A stretch of DNA of 64,000 nucleotides from the human T2T-CHM13v2.0 reference genome, Homo sapiens: the NCBI RefSeq assembly GCF_009914755.1, contig NC_060944.1. One strand, written 5' to 3'. The notes below the pieces were generated by a model that was not told the DNA's origin, ran no database searches, and was given only the letters and a program-made list of their open reading frames with translations. Made by a program: the position numbers and the translations under genes. Below, in pieces: positions 14,411 to 27,844 of the stretch; position 1 is the stretch's first letter; the number at the start of each line of letters is the position of its first letter.

Positions 14411-15434
14411 AAATTGGATGATATCAAAGGACACCATTACACCAGTCAGTAAAACACAGTAAAAGCACAGTTTTACACCAGTAAAAACACAGTCCATGAA
14501 ATAGGAGAAAATATTTGCAAGTCATATGTCTGAAAAGAAGTCAATATCTAGAAAATATAGAGAACTCTCACAACTCAACAACAAATAACCCAATTAAAAA
14601 AATTGGCAATGAACTTGAATAGAATTTTTTGTAAAAATGGCATATAAATGAACAATAAGCACATGAAAAGATCTTATCATCACTAATAATTAAGGAAATG
14701 CAAATCAAAACCCCAGTGAGATACCACTTCATACCCATTAGGATAGCTATTATCAAAACAATAAAACACACACACACATACACACACCACAAAATGACAA
14801 GTGTTGGCAAGGTTAAGAAAAAATCAGAACCCTTGACCACTGTTTTGAGCACTGTTTCTGGGAATGTAAAATATTATGTATGGAGGTTCCCTAAAAACTT
14901 AAAAATAGAATTGCCATGCGATTCAGTAATTCCACTTCTGAGTATATACTAAAAAGAATTGAAAGCAGGGGTTTGAACAGATATTTGTACATCTATGTTC
15001 AAAGCAGCATTGTTCGCAATAGCCAAAAGATGGAAGCAGTCCAAGTATTGATTGACAGATTAATGGATAAACAAAATGTGGTATGTTCATACAATGGAAT
15101 ATTATTTAGCCTCCAAGATGAAGGAAATTCTAACATGTGCTACAGCATGGAGGAATCTTGAGGGCATTTTGTTGAGTGAAATAAGCCCGTCACAAAAGGA
15201 TAAATACTAATTCCACTTATATGGAATAGAGTAATCAAAATCATAGAAACAGAAAGAGAAATGTTGGTTGCCAGGGGCTGGAAGGAAGAGAAGTTATTGT
15301 TTAATATGTACAGAGTTTCAATTGGGGAAGATGAAGTTCTGTAGATAGATGGCAGTGACGGTTGCAGAACCATGTGAATGAACTTAAAATGATTAAAATG
15401 GTAACTTTTATGTTATTTATTTTACTACCAGAGA
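14411..15434 (+). mobile_element. L1MB (L1MB2/3-like) 3' fragment inserted in the pseudogene
   Basis: ORF2 C-terminal peptide MQIKTPVRYHFIPIRIA; 3'UTR 'gaagatgaagttctgtagatagatggcagtgacggttgc'; TSD aaaatagat at 14402-14410 and 15435-15443. Confidence 0.85.
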
Positions 15435-15816
15435 AAAATAGATTTTATAAGGTTGATATTTCCATAAAGTTACAGTTATTTCAAGACAAATCTGAAAAAT
15501 GCAAAAGCAAGTAGTTCCCACCATGGCATTGTTCAAAATTCATCAGAAAAATGAAGAGCCGTTTCAGGCAGCTCTAAAAAAATTCTTTGAAGGTGAATTC
15601 CAGTCTTCAGGGAAATCTGAAGCGGCTTTCTCAAGATGCTGAGAGAACAAAAGGATGAGAGAGTAAACTTATTATTCAGAAGAGAAAAATATTAGGAAAT
15701 AAGAAAGGCCACATCTCTGGGTGGACACCTGCAGGAGCTGAGTGATTGGGATCCTGCTTTGGTGGGGGCAGCATAAATGGTGCAAGGCTGGAAGCCACCA
15801 GAAAACAGAGACCATG

Positions 15817-16504
15817 AAAGTAAAAAAAGTCACAGGCACTGGCAAGGTTGTGGAGAGAAAGGAAGTCTTATACACTGTTGGTGGGAATGTAAATTAGTTC
15901 AGCCATTGTGGAGTACAGTGTGGTGATCCCTCAAAGACTTAAAGACAGAAATACCATTCCACGCAGCAATTCCATTACTGGGTACACACCCAAAGGAATA
16001 CAAATCATTCTATTATAAAGACTCACGCATGTGTATGTCCATTTCAGCACTATTCACAATAGCAAAGACATGGAATCAACCTAAATGCCCATCAATGATA
16101 GACTGGATAAAGAAAATGTGGTACATATACACCGTGGAATACTATACAGCCATAAAAATGAATGAGATCATGTCCTTCGCAGAGACTTGGGTGGAGCTGG
16201 AGGCCATTATCCTTAGCAAACTAACACAGGAACAGAAAACTGAATGCCACATGTTTTTACTTACAAGTGGGAGCTACATGATGAGAAAACATGGATACAT
16301 AGAGGGAAACAACACACACTGGGGCCTTCTGGAAGATGGAGGGTAGGAGGAGGGAGAGGATCAGGAAAAATAACTAATGGATGTTAGGCCTAATATCTAG
16401 GGGATGAAATGATCTGTACAACAAACCCTCATGACACAAGTTTACCTATGTGACGAACCTGCACTTGTACCCCTGAACTTAAAAGTTGTTTTTTTTTTTT
16501 TGAA
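15817..16504 (+). mobile_element. L1PA11-13-like 3' fragment inserted in the pseudogene
   Basis: ORF 16029-16346 is the L1 ORF2 C-terminus; 3'UTR 'gagaggatcaggaaaaataactaatg'; 17-bp TSD agaaaacagag(a/g)ccatg at 15800-15816 and 16505-16521. Confidence 0.9.
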
Positions 16505-18690
16505 AGAAAACAGAGGCCATGTACAACATGAGTCCAAATGAGTTTTGAATGTAACAATTGATGTGATTGAGTTAAATACTTATTTAAGATCTCTTGAAGA
16601 ATAAAGAAATTATAATTTACATGAAATTAACCAAAAAAGATTAAATAATTGTTGCACTTTAAGATCATTGAAAAGTCTCTAAACTAGTAAAGCTTTACTG
16701 AAGTCAAGAGAAACAAACAAACAAATAAACACAGGCAGAGGCAACTACTTCAGAGGAAGCTTCCAAGTTTTTTCAGAGTTGCATCAAGGGGAGAAAACAA
16801 ATTTTCACTAAATGTACGATTTAGAGAGAATTTTTGTTTTTTTTTGAATTTACCCTGTAAAGATAGAAAGGAATCTTTCAAAAGCAGATGACAAGATCAG
16901 CCATGCATGTGATAAGCCAGGCACCTGTAAATGCAATCCAAAATTTTTCCAGAAAAATTCAAAAGAATATGCCGGCTATTATTGAAGCCAGCTTATTTCC
17001 TATGAGAGAAAAATCTCAAGAGGTGTTGAGAGTTCTGTTGCTTTAAAGACACCTTCATAAGTTAAGAGAATGCATCCCTGAGACAAAACAAATTGAGAAA
17101 GGTGGTATAAGTTTTGAAAAGCATCCTTAAGTCTCCATTGTTGCAAATGGGGCATTTATTAGAGTCCTGTGAGATCATGAGGGAATGCTCTGGAGGACCA
17201 GATCACTAAGGAAGGAGGATCATGGGCTGTGGAGGGATGGAGATCCAGGATCCAGTGCCCGCTGTGGGCAGATGCCATCCTCCCAGGAGAAGGAAACTTC
17301 TATCAGGTCAACTTTGTTCTGACACTGCAGCTCCTTTTCAAGAGCATGAGAGAGCAGTTCTGTTGCTCCTGGAACTGGTCATGGCCCAGAGTCTCCTTTC
17401 GATCCAGCCCTCCCACCAGAACAGTGTGCTGCTCACCCAGTCTTTGTTCTCTACCCAGTACCCTAGTCAGATGGTAGATGTCCCAGAGATATTCCAAGGT
17501 ACATCTCCTGAGAAGGGGATACACTGAACTTCCCTCTATCCCAAGAAAGCTTGGAAGAAACTGCCTAGGGGTCTTCCCCACTGAGGGATTTCCCTGGCTG
17601 GGCACATTCTCCACTAGCCACAGGAAAGATCTCTGGACCAAACACTGCCCACATGGTCTGAAAGCAGAAGTGAGTCATCTCCAAGTTGACCCTATCCCCA
17701 ATGAGTAGACTTCTGAAGATCCAGAACCACAAGATGTTTTTTTCTGTCAACTAAAATCATTTTAATTGTTTTTCTTTTACTTTTACTGCTATTAAGTAAA
17801 TGGCTTAAATATAAACCAGGTAGAGCTAGAATTCTAAGGTAAAGTTCTACGACTGTGGATCATTTAAACATGACTCTTATGAGTTAGCTGCTTCCATTTT
17901 ATTCTATTTTTAGGTAGTGTTATTACAGTAGTTTTCTTGTTAATAAATCCACAATATAATCTGAAACAGCAAGAAATTTGTCTTTTTTCTAATAATAAAT
18001 TTATTTTTTTTCTCTTTTGGTTTTATTGCTATTATTTATATGTTTATATAATACCTTAAATGGAGATTTGATCAGATTATGACTTTTAAGATAGTATTTT
18101 ATAAATGTAGATTCTATACATGTGAATCTTGGGATTGGAAATGACATCAGCAGCCACACTGACAACCCTTGCTCCTCTCCATGGTGTCATCTCCATCCTC
18201 AGCCACTACCTAGCTATGTCCAGTGACAGCTGAAATTATCACAATGGATTAGAACTCTCCGTTCCTTCAGGGAAGGGTCATCTGGACCAGGAGAAACAAG
18301 GTCCTCTGTTAAGACCCAGCCCTGCCGCGGATTGACCTTGGACCCCTGACTGCTTTCTGGCTCAGTTTCCTCTTACCACTGTCTTGTGGCAGAGCTGCAT
18401 GAGACTTAAACAAGGTCATGAGCATCCAGTTGTCCTTCAATCTGGAACCCACTGCAGGAAGCACAGCCAGACTTTTGAGAGTGCAAGAGTTTTCATACAG
18501 CACCTCTCCATCCTGCTCTCTTTCTGATTCCCTTCATATCCTCCTCCTCCTCCCCCTTCTCCTCTTTACCACCACCAGCACTGTTATCATTGCCTTTATT
18601 TCACTTCCTCACATCTGTCTCTGCACTTACTTCCTTTTTTTCTCATGTTCAACACATGCACTGAGCAAATTTGTCCTCATCCCCTGGGTA

Positions 18691-18811
18691 TTATTGCTGG
18701 ATGTCTATCCTGCCTATATCTGGACGAATCTTATTGCTGGATGCCTGTCCTGCCTATATCTGGACGAATCTTATTGCTGGATGTCTGTCCTGCCTGTATC
18801 TGGACCAATCT
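18691..18811. repeat. Minisatellite, 3 x 40 bp
   Basis: Unit ttattgctggatg(t/c)ct(a/g)tcctgcct(a/g)tatctggac(g/c)aatc starting at 18691, 18731 and 18771. Confidence 0.95.
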
Positions 18812-18957
18812 ACTGTGGCCTTGGGGTCTCATCAGGCCATCTCTCTAGGCCTGGAATCTGGACCATGAACCCCAGCAGTGCCTACTGCTAAGTTCCTACA
18901 CAAATTCAGCTGCCTCTAGATGCCTTTGTGCAAACTCCCATCATCTCCCCTGCAATT

Positions 18958-19267
<310 letters not shown>

Positions 19268-19289
19268 TAGCCTCCAGCTCCTTATCCCT

Positions 19290-19640
19290 CCCTGTCTACC
19301 TTCACAACGGTGAAGTCAGGGTAAACTTTTAGAAAATATAAAGGAGATCATGAGACTCTACTGCTCAAAGCCCTCCATGCCCCCAAATCACACTGAGGCT
19401 CAAATCTAAACATTCAACGAAGGTCCACCAGGCTATGGATAACCTGGTCTTTGCTTGTCTCTGTCTGGCCCCTCCAATCCGGCTTCTGACTTTCCTTCTG
19501 GACCAATAACATGTCACACTTACACTGCCTCAGAGCCTTTGCACTGGCTGTTTCCTCTGTCTAGAGTGCTTTCCACCAATTATGCATGTGGCTGCCTCCC
19601 TTTTCTCATTGACATCCCAGCTTATATTGAATGCCCTCCA
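19290..19640 (+). mobile_element. L2 fragment
   Basis: 'ctgctcaaagccctccatg', 'gcctcagagcctttgcactggctgtttcctctgtctagag' are L2 motifs. Confidence 0.6.
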
Positions 19641-19823
19641 TCTCTGGCTTCCTCTCTGGTCCCCAGCCTTATTTATGGCTTCAGACTCTCATCCTCTCTT
19701 AAATCATTTAATTTCCATATTATTATAGTTTATATCATTTAGCCCTTCTTATGACAGTCCTCTAGGATAGAGGTTGTTGATTTTAGAAAAAAGGCAAAAT
19801 TGTTGCTGTGTTTCTAAATCATT

Positions 19824-19945
19824 TTAGTAAACTTATTAAGGTAAATATTAGTAATATTAGTAAACTTATAGTTTACTAGTTATAGTAACTTATAGTTACT
19901 AATATGCTAATATTACTAATATTAGCATATTAGTAAACTTATTAA
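19824..19945. repeat. AT-rich nested palindrome cluster bounded by a 16-bp direct repeat
   Basis: Perfect 20-bp inverted arms at 19896-19915 and 19917-19936; 9-bp-arm palindrome 19858-19878; 8-bp-arm palindrome 19883-19901; ttagtaaacttattaa at 19824 and 19930. Confidence 0.9.
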
Positions 19946-20769
19946 AATACCACTCATTGTTTGCACTCCCCTCTGGAAGGTAAGGAACAGAGAGTTTATC
20001 TTATTCATCACAGACACTGCCTTTGTATCTTGCACATGAGAGTCACTCACTTAAGATTTGGGAAGGAAGGGATACATAGAAGTGAATCCAGTGCAAAGAC
20101 CTCCTGAGATCTCAGATCTGTCCACCTGTCAGGGCCTCCCAGAGCAGGTTCTGTACACCTGTGGGTGTCTTCATGAAATCTCACCTTGGATCCTGGTGCT
20201 CCTCACTGTCTGCACATTCTCGGAGCATCCTCGTGTGTGGGTTTCAACCAGCCCCCTTCTGACATTCCATGCCTGCGAGTGTTAAGTCTCCACATTAACG
20301 TGATTCATACAGATGGCTGGGGAATCCCAAGGTTGTGGGAACAGCAGAAGGAGATGCTATGGAAAAAGACATGGTACGGTGGCCACAGGCCTCCTCTACT
20401 ACAGTATTGAGCAGCAAAAGGCTGGTGCTTTTGTGTTAAAGAGAAAGCCACTGGACTTCAGGGACCCAGTCCATTTCATTGTCTTGGAGAGAAGATGCAG
20501 AAATATGCAAGTACTTACAATCAACTGTTATCTTGATTTAGTAACTAATATTTATGGGGTACTCACTCATGATGCACAGAGTGCTGTATAAATGCCAGGC
20601 CATCTTCTAGTTGTGACTACCCTTATGGCTACTCTCTAAGATGGGGATGGCATTCAGAGAAGGAAACTGAGGTTCTAACAAGCTCCAAATCACACAATAT
20701 AGACGGGCAGTTGACAGCTCAGAGTGCCTGGGAACTAATTTCACCTTCGTGGCTCTCCAGCGGTGAATT

Positions 20770-20900
20770 TTGGGTGTGTTACTTAATGCTTAGGTCTCTT
20801 GACTTTCTCATCTGTAAAACAGATGAGGGTTGCTGTACAAGTTAAATGAGTCCATGTGAAACACTCACTACACAGGAAGCCCTCCATAGATGTTGCTGTT
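20770..20900 (+). mobile_element. MIR fragment
   Basis: 'tttctcatctgtaaaacagatgagggttgctgtacaagttaaatgag'. Confidence 0.6.
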
Positions 20901-23360
20901 TTTTTTGTTATTCTACTAGAAGTAAATGGCCTACTTGGTATTGAATCTGAGACCTCTGTCCCTAAATCCACTCACTTTCTACTCTTTGAATAACTGTTTT
21001 TGTTTAACTGTGTTTGGTTTGTTGATTGCTAAACCAGTGGAAGAACACACTTTCCTAATTGACCAGGTATGCAGATGAGATAGTTTTGGAACTTTTGACA
21101 AGCTCTGGCTCATTGCAGTGACATTATTTAAGTTCCAATTTCCAGCGAGGCTGGCTATTCTCAGAGAAATTTGATTCAATTCCACAAACACTTCTCCTAG
21201 TCATTAAGACACCTACCACCAGAAACATCTGGTCAATTAAATTTAAAACATTAGTCAAACAAGTTGTTGGTATTATATGGTCAGACATCTGGACAAATAA
21301 AATTTTAATTGAATGTTTTGATATCATGTGGTCTCAGTTTCAAAGCCAACCCCCAAATAGAAGGCACATACCTTTACTTTCTATGCCAAGTTGGGTGGGC
21401 TGGGTTTGGTATATCAATTCACTTTTAAAAAATTTACCAAATTGTAATGTTACAGATATAGCCACCACGCAATTGGGATTTTCTACAATAGTCCTGATTT
21501 TTAAAATATTCCATTCTTTTGCTGGCCAATTGACATGCCCCAGTTTTTTGGTAGACAATATGGTCCGTATTTGCCTGGAGTCATGAGTAGAATGCAGGAA
21601 GCCTACGTTGCAATTTTGGATCTGGTTCCATTTATTCTGAAATATTCAGTGACACATTTAACAACTTTTCCCCCTCAGGTTTCCCTTTGATAACATGGAG
21701 GAGTCACTTTGTATTTTCTAACTTAAAGGGAAGGCTTTCTGTAGAAACTTACGATGTTTTATACATTTGTGAGCACACGTTTACATACATGTGTGAGGCA
21801 CATGTAGACATACTATTATAATGAATCCTCAGGAAACCCTGTTTGCCAAGCCCTAGTGTAGATGAATGACAACAGTGGCATGGATTAGGGTTCCAGCAGT
21901 GGACATACAGAGTAGTGGGCAGATTTGAGAGGTGTTCAGGAGCCAAAATTGCTGGTGTCTATTAATGCACGAGCTAAGGGGGCGGATGGATTCTGAAGAA
22001 GTATTTCCACTACCAAGAAAGGCAATGTTGGGAAGAACCTTTTGGTCAACTTGGTCAACTTCTCCAATTCCAGTAGAGCAATCCAGCTTCTTTTGTCATC
22101 TCCTCTTTATCTTTCATCCAGAGAGCCCACATAAGCACTGTTTAAATTTCTCTTGACTTGTCTTACTCCTTTGACTCATCGAAAACTATCCTCGCAAAAG
22201 AAATTTCTGGCAGGTCATGTAATGCAAAAAAAAAAAGAACTCAAAAACACCGAAAACAAAAAAACAAAATCAAAAACCACTTTTGGACATCTGTTCTGAT
22301 ACAGAAGCCAAGAGCAGGGTCCGCATGGTGCCAGCGTGGCAGCCGTGGCCGCATATTGCAGTCAGAATGTGCATGGTGCCAGGGCTAATGATCCGGGTTT
22401 CCTGCAGAGGGCCGCTCTGCCAGCCTTCTAATTAGGATCTGCTCAGAGCAGCCTGGGCAGGGATGATCACGCCTTTTCTCCTGCCCTCCTCTCCCTCGGT
22501 TGTCTTCCTCCTATGCAGCAATTTAGCATTGTGAGCATTTTTTTTTTTTTTTAAATCCTGGGCCATTTAAACAAAGGGGGGAAGTAAAGCAGGTTTCTCC
22601 AGAGATGCTGGAAAAAGGGACGAGAAACCAAAGCTGATGGCGGTGGATGGATGAAGTCCCAGCCACCCTCCGTGGAAGGGTGCAGATCTCCTTTAAGACC
22701 TCTTTGGTGAAGAGTCAGCTGAAGGTCCTCCCCAGCATAAGGCCCAGAGATCCAGCTGCTGCTGTGGGAGGCTCAGCCTGGGCTCCTCATCAGTCCACTG
22801 GTCTCAGAGGGTCATCAGCGGGAAGTGATGAGCATCTTGGAGGTCAGGCCGGATGTGGCGAACACCCACTGGTGGTCAGGCTGTGGTATGTCAGGGAAGA
22901 GGATGTTCCTCTAACAGCCTAAACCAACCCATGGAGGAAGTTTGGGAAGTCATGGATTATTGTGTGTTGGTTTTGGTTTGGACCCATTAGGGGCACTGGC
23001 TTTTAGACAACAAGTATGGGGGCGGGGGAAGTGTGTTGCATGGAGGAGCTTTCAAAAGGTAATAGGTAAGAGTAGCCCTGGGCCACAGCCCAGAAGTCTT
23101 GAATCATGGAACCAAGACTGGAAGCTAAATTTCAGCAGAAATTGTATTTGCCTTGTTTACTGTGATGGCTCAGTGCTTAGCACAGAGCCTACCATATGGC
23201 AGGTGCTCAATAAATGAGTTAATCAACAAAAAGAGCATCATCATAGTGGCTACGTTCTAAGGATGTGGTGAAGATTCAGTGAGATACTGGGTATCAGGTG
23301 TTCAGCACCATGGCTGCACGTGGTCACTACCGCTAGTACAACTAAAGTCAAACACTAGTG

Positions 23361-23583
23361 CAGGGGTCAGGAAATATTTTCTGTAAAGGGCCAGATAGTA
23401 CATATTTTGGACTTTGCAGGCCATACACTTCTGTGACATTTATGGAACTTTCCTGTTCTAGTGTGTAAGCAACCATAGAAAGTAAATAAATAAATTGATG
23501 TTGCTATATTCCAATAAAACTTTATTTATAAAAACAGACTGTGGGCTGAATTTGGCCTGTGGACCATAGTTGCCTGACTTCTG
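23361..23583 (+). mobile_element. MER58A hAT-Charlie element
   Basis: 'caggggtcaggaaatattttctgtaaagggccagatagta' ... 'catagttgcctgacttctg'. Confidence 0.85.
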
Positions 23584-26399
23584 CCTTAGAAAATGACAAA
23601 GTCAAGGGATCTGTTCTTCACAGAGAGGGTACAAATGCAAATATGCCTAGATTCAGGGGAAGTTCATGGATATCCATGAGGAATAGCTCCAGCCCGAGTA
23701 AACCAGGTAAATGCAAACACAACTAACATAGCCCCTCACCTGGGAGACTGATGACAAGAAGGATGCAAAGAGCATCTGCTAGCCTCCTCCCCACAGCTTC
23801 TGAGTGCCAGAAACAGAATCTACACATACTTAGTTTTCACTAACCCACATCGGTTTCTATGAGTGAGTAGCATTCTTCTTCATGTGTACAGAACAGCAGA
23901 AGATGGAATAATTAGAAGCATGTATTTATCCCTGAGGTTCCCTCATTTGTATATTCACATCCCTGATGATGTTTAAGACCTCAGGTCACTCTAGTGAAAA
24001 TTGAAAGTTGGGAGGCTTTGAAATAAGAGTAGGCCCATTAGTCACTCAACAAACCTTGTCTCCTATCTACTAGGTGCTAGGCATTGTGCCTAGTGGTGGA
24101 AATATATGGTTATGATCTTATCCCAGACTTGGATGAGCTCTTGGTCTAGTTGAGGAGGCAGGGATGAACAGAGAATTAATTGTAACACCATGCAACTAAT
24201 GAGGCAGTAGGTGTTACTTACATTTACATGGCAGGGAGTGGCCATCTGGGCTCAGGGTGAGAATGTGTAAGGGACCGTTTCCCAGGAGGTGATCTTTGAG
24301 CCCCGTAATGGAGTCTCACTGCACTCATGTACACATACTGCTTTTAGAATTGATTTGTTTTTTCTTTGCAGGAAGGATGCACCCTAAAAAAATGTTGAGA
24401 AAACAGTCTAACCTAGTTCTCCCACTAGGACATTTTGGAGGTAAAGGAGAAATGCCAGAGAAATGCCTCTACTCTGGATTACACAGTTGGTCTGTCTCTA
24501 CTCAGGCCTTGATGTGAAAAGGCAGGGACAGTGAAACACTGCGAGTAGAAACCAACTGTCCTCTTGACTCATAACTTTTATATTGACTTGTAAGTCAGTT
24601 CTTCCATGGTGGAAAAGTAATACAGACGTTGGGCAAAATATGTAATGGGATTTAAATTGTAGCCTTAAAGGTAGCTTAAATGTTCCATAGAAAATGCTCC
24701 AGGATAGGGAAAAAGGATCTTGTGATCGAAGGTTTATATTTAGAAAATTTGTCCTTTTACAACAAAGGATAAACAGTATTTTCTAAGTTTTTTTTTTCAT
24801 CTGCTTCCCTGGTTCCCCCTTCAGGCCCACTTTAACCTCACCATTCTTGATAACTATTTTCAACCTAAATATGAACAAGTCACTCCTTGGCTTAACACCA
24901 TCAGTGGGAGCCTTTTGTCCACAGGACAAATCCTCACTCAAGGTGCTTTGTTCTGTTTCTTCTGCAGCTCCAGCCACATCAACCTAATAATAACAGGCAC
25001 CAGCCCATGAATTCTACCATGGGTCATATTTCTCTTGGCTATTTGCTTATGTGACCATTTGATCCCTGCCATAATCCTAGGCAGCTGTTTTATAAAGGAG
25101 GAAGCTGAGATTCAGGGAGATGCAGTAACTTGCCCAAGATCAAGCAAGTTTTCGTGGAATTTAATCAAAGGTCTACCTGAATTGAACTTCTGGGACTCTT
25201 CTACAATATTCTTCTGCCTAGAACATTCTTCATCTCATTTTTTTTTCCTACAAAATCAGGGCCCTTTAGGGTTTGGTTCAGACATTCCTTCAACTATGAG
25301 CCATTCTCAGTCTCTCATACCTTCCTTTTGACTTTCAATACCATTTTGTTGAGGGGGCAGGTAATCCTCACAACACTGGCACCATTGTATTATTCCAATT
25401 TCTTTGCCTTTCTCTTCCATGTGATACATTGGGAGCATCCTGAAAGCAACTTCATTATGTAATCTATTTTTATATGCTCAGGCCTAGAATGGAGACAGAA
25501 CTTTGAATATGTATCAAATGACTATATGACTAAAAAATAATATTCTAGGATATGTGTATTTGGGCCATACCTCTCAAATGCAGAAATAACAACCTTTAAA
25601 ACTGTGTGCTCATGGAGACTGGATGCTGCATGTAGAATGAATGAGTATTCTTTTCTTGTTATGCTCTTTGAGTGGTGACTGGAGCGACCGACTGGTTGGG
25701 GCTGGTTGTCCTGTCCAGCATCTCAGAAATCTCTGAAATCCATCCTAAATGTCTAAATGAAGTAAAGTGGTTGGCTTTATAAGTAATAGAAGTCAATTGT
25801 GTTTGCAGTCTCTAATGCAAGAACGGCATTAGATGACTGAGATGGGGCTAGTGCCAAGAAGTGCTGAGTGGGCAGGAGGCCTGATTTTCAGCCTCCCTCT
25901 GCATCCATTTGTGATAATCTGAGTCTGGCGCTCAACCAGTCATCCTCCTAACGAGGCTTGCATGAGACAGCCTTTGCCCCCAGCACAGACATATACTGAA
26001 TCAGGAGTTCCCTTATACAGACATTTAAAAACACCCACACATATGCACACACTCACTCACATTCTTTCCAAATACACATTTTATCTTCCTTGTTACAAAC
26101 ATTGTCCTAACAGGCTGGCAAACATTCAGACAGAAACTGAAATATTTAGATGAACTGGGGCACCTTAACTCCTCTGGAAAATGACTTTTAGCTGAAAGGC
26201 AGAAGGAAGCTGATATTCTGCCTTGATCCTGTGACTCTGAGTCATTGATGAACGCTTGCCTTTTGGCTTGAGGGTAGGGCATGAGAGCTGCAAGCAAAGA
26301 TTGAAATAACACTCATGTTTGTTCTACATTTTACAGGGGAGCTGGTATTGTCTCCCAGCAGGAAATTAGATGATATTCACTCCTAGGATAATAATAAGG

Positions 26400-26604
26400 A
26401 AGACATTAACAATAAAGATGAACATTTATTTCCCACCACATTATTCTAAGCATTGACAGCATTAGGTGATATACCCATAATGATCATCTGAACATATAGG
26501 TGCTTTTATTATCTCCATTTCACAAAATGGAGAAGCCGAGGCTTAGAGGGGTTCACAATTTGCTCAAGATCACACAGTCAGTAAGGAGCCCAGCCTGAAG
26601 TAGC

Positions 26605-26605
<1 letters not shown>
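26400..26605 (-). mobile_element. MIR (source of a local 122-bp duplication)
   Basis: 'ttattatctccatttcacaaaatggagaagccgaggcttagagggg...caagatcacacag'. Confidence 0.7.
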
Positions 26606-26954
<349 letters not shown>

Positions 26955-27248
26955 CTGGGTTCTTAAATGCTCTGTTTTACAGAGCAGGGAAGCTGGCCTG
27001 CTCAAATTTATTTGAACGAGATTGTGAGAAACCATCTGAGAGTGAACTCATTCCATGGAAACAGGATGTCAGGATTGTCAAGCTTTGCCCTACAAAACCC
27101 TTAGCAGTTTCAAGTAGGGGGATTATTTGAGGGTGCATCCTGGTGTTGGAATGTTAGATGAGCCTTTTGGATTATCTTTCTATAATCTTATGCTGGGAAC
27201 CTATGAATGCCACAATGACAAGTATGACTAGAAAGAATTCATACTAGA

Positions 27249-27548
<300 letters not shown>

Positions 27549-27559
27549 CTAGAAAATGT

Positions 27560-27844
27560 CAGGAGACATACAGGATGCTGGCAAGGCTACTGTGGGGGCT
27601 CTGCTCCCCTGAAAGAAGTTGACAATAAAAAGAGGGGAGGGAAGGGAGTCATCCTAGAACAGTCTGCCCATAGCCAGACATATTTATGAAGCCATCCTAG
27701 ATCAACCAGCTCCTGGCCTGTCCCCAAGCTAAGTCTAGACTGGAAGGATGGCGCAGCCAAACCACCAAGTTATTTATAAAATCACTGTTTTAAGACAGTA
27801 AGTTTTTGTAATGGTATGTTACATAGCAAAAGTTAACCGATACA
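27560..27844 (+). mobile_element. MLT1-type MaLR LTR fragment
   Basis: 3' end 'gttttaagacagtaagtttttgtaatggtatgttacatagcaaaagttaaccgataca'. Confidence 0.6.

Noticed and set aside
17222-17708. ORFs 17222-17527, 17229-17477 and 17478-17708 as a functional CTAGE retrogene
   Set aside because: Homology switches between frames, upstream parts carry stops and three TE insertions, and the PPP motifs are lost
18691-18811. CRISPR-like repeated 40-mers
   Set aside because: Units are contiguous with no spacers, there are no cas genes, and the DNA is primate
18418-18891. Longest ORF (157 aa, hydrophobic)
   Set aside because: Explained by a C/T-rich stretch plus the 40-bp minisatellite; no recognisable domain or gene structure
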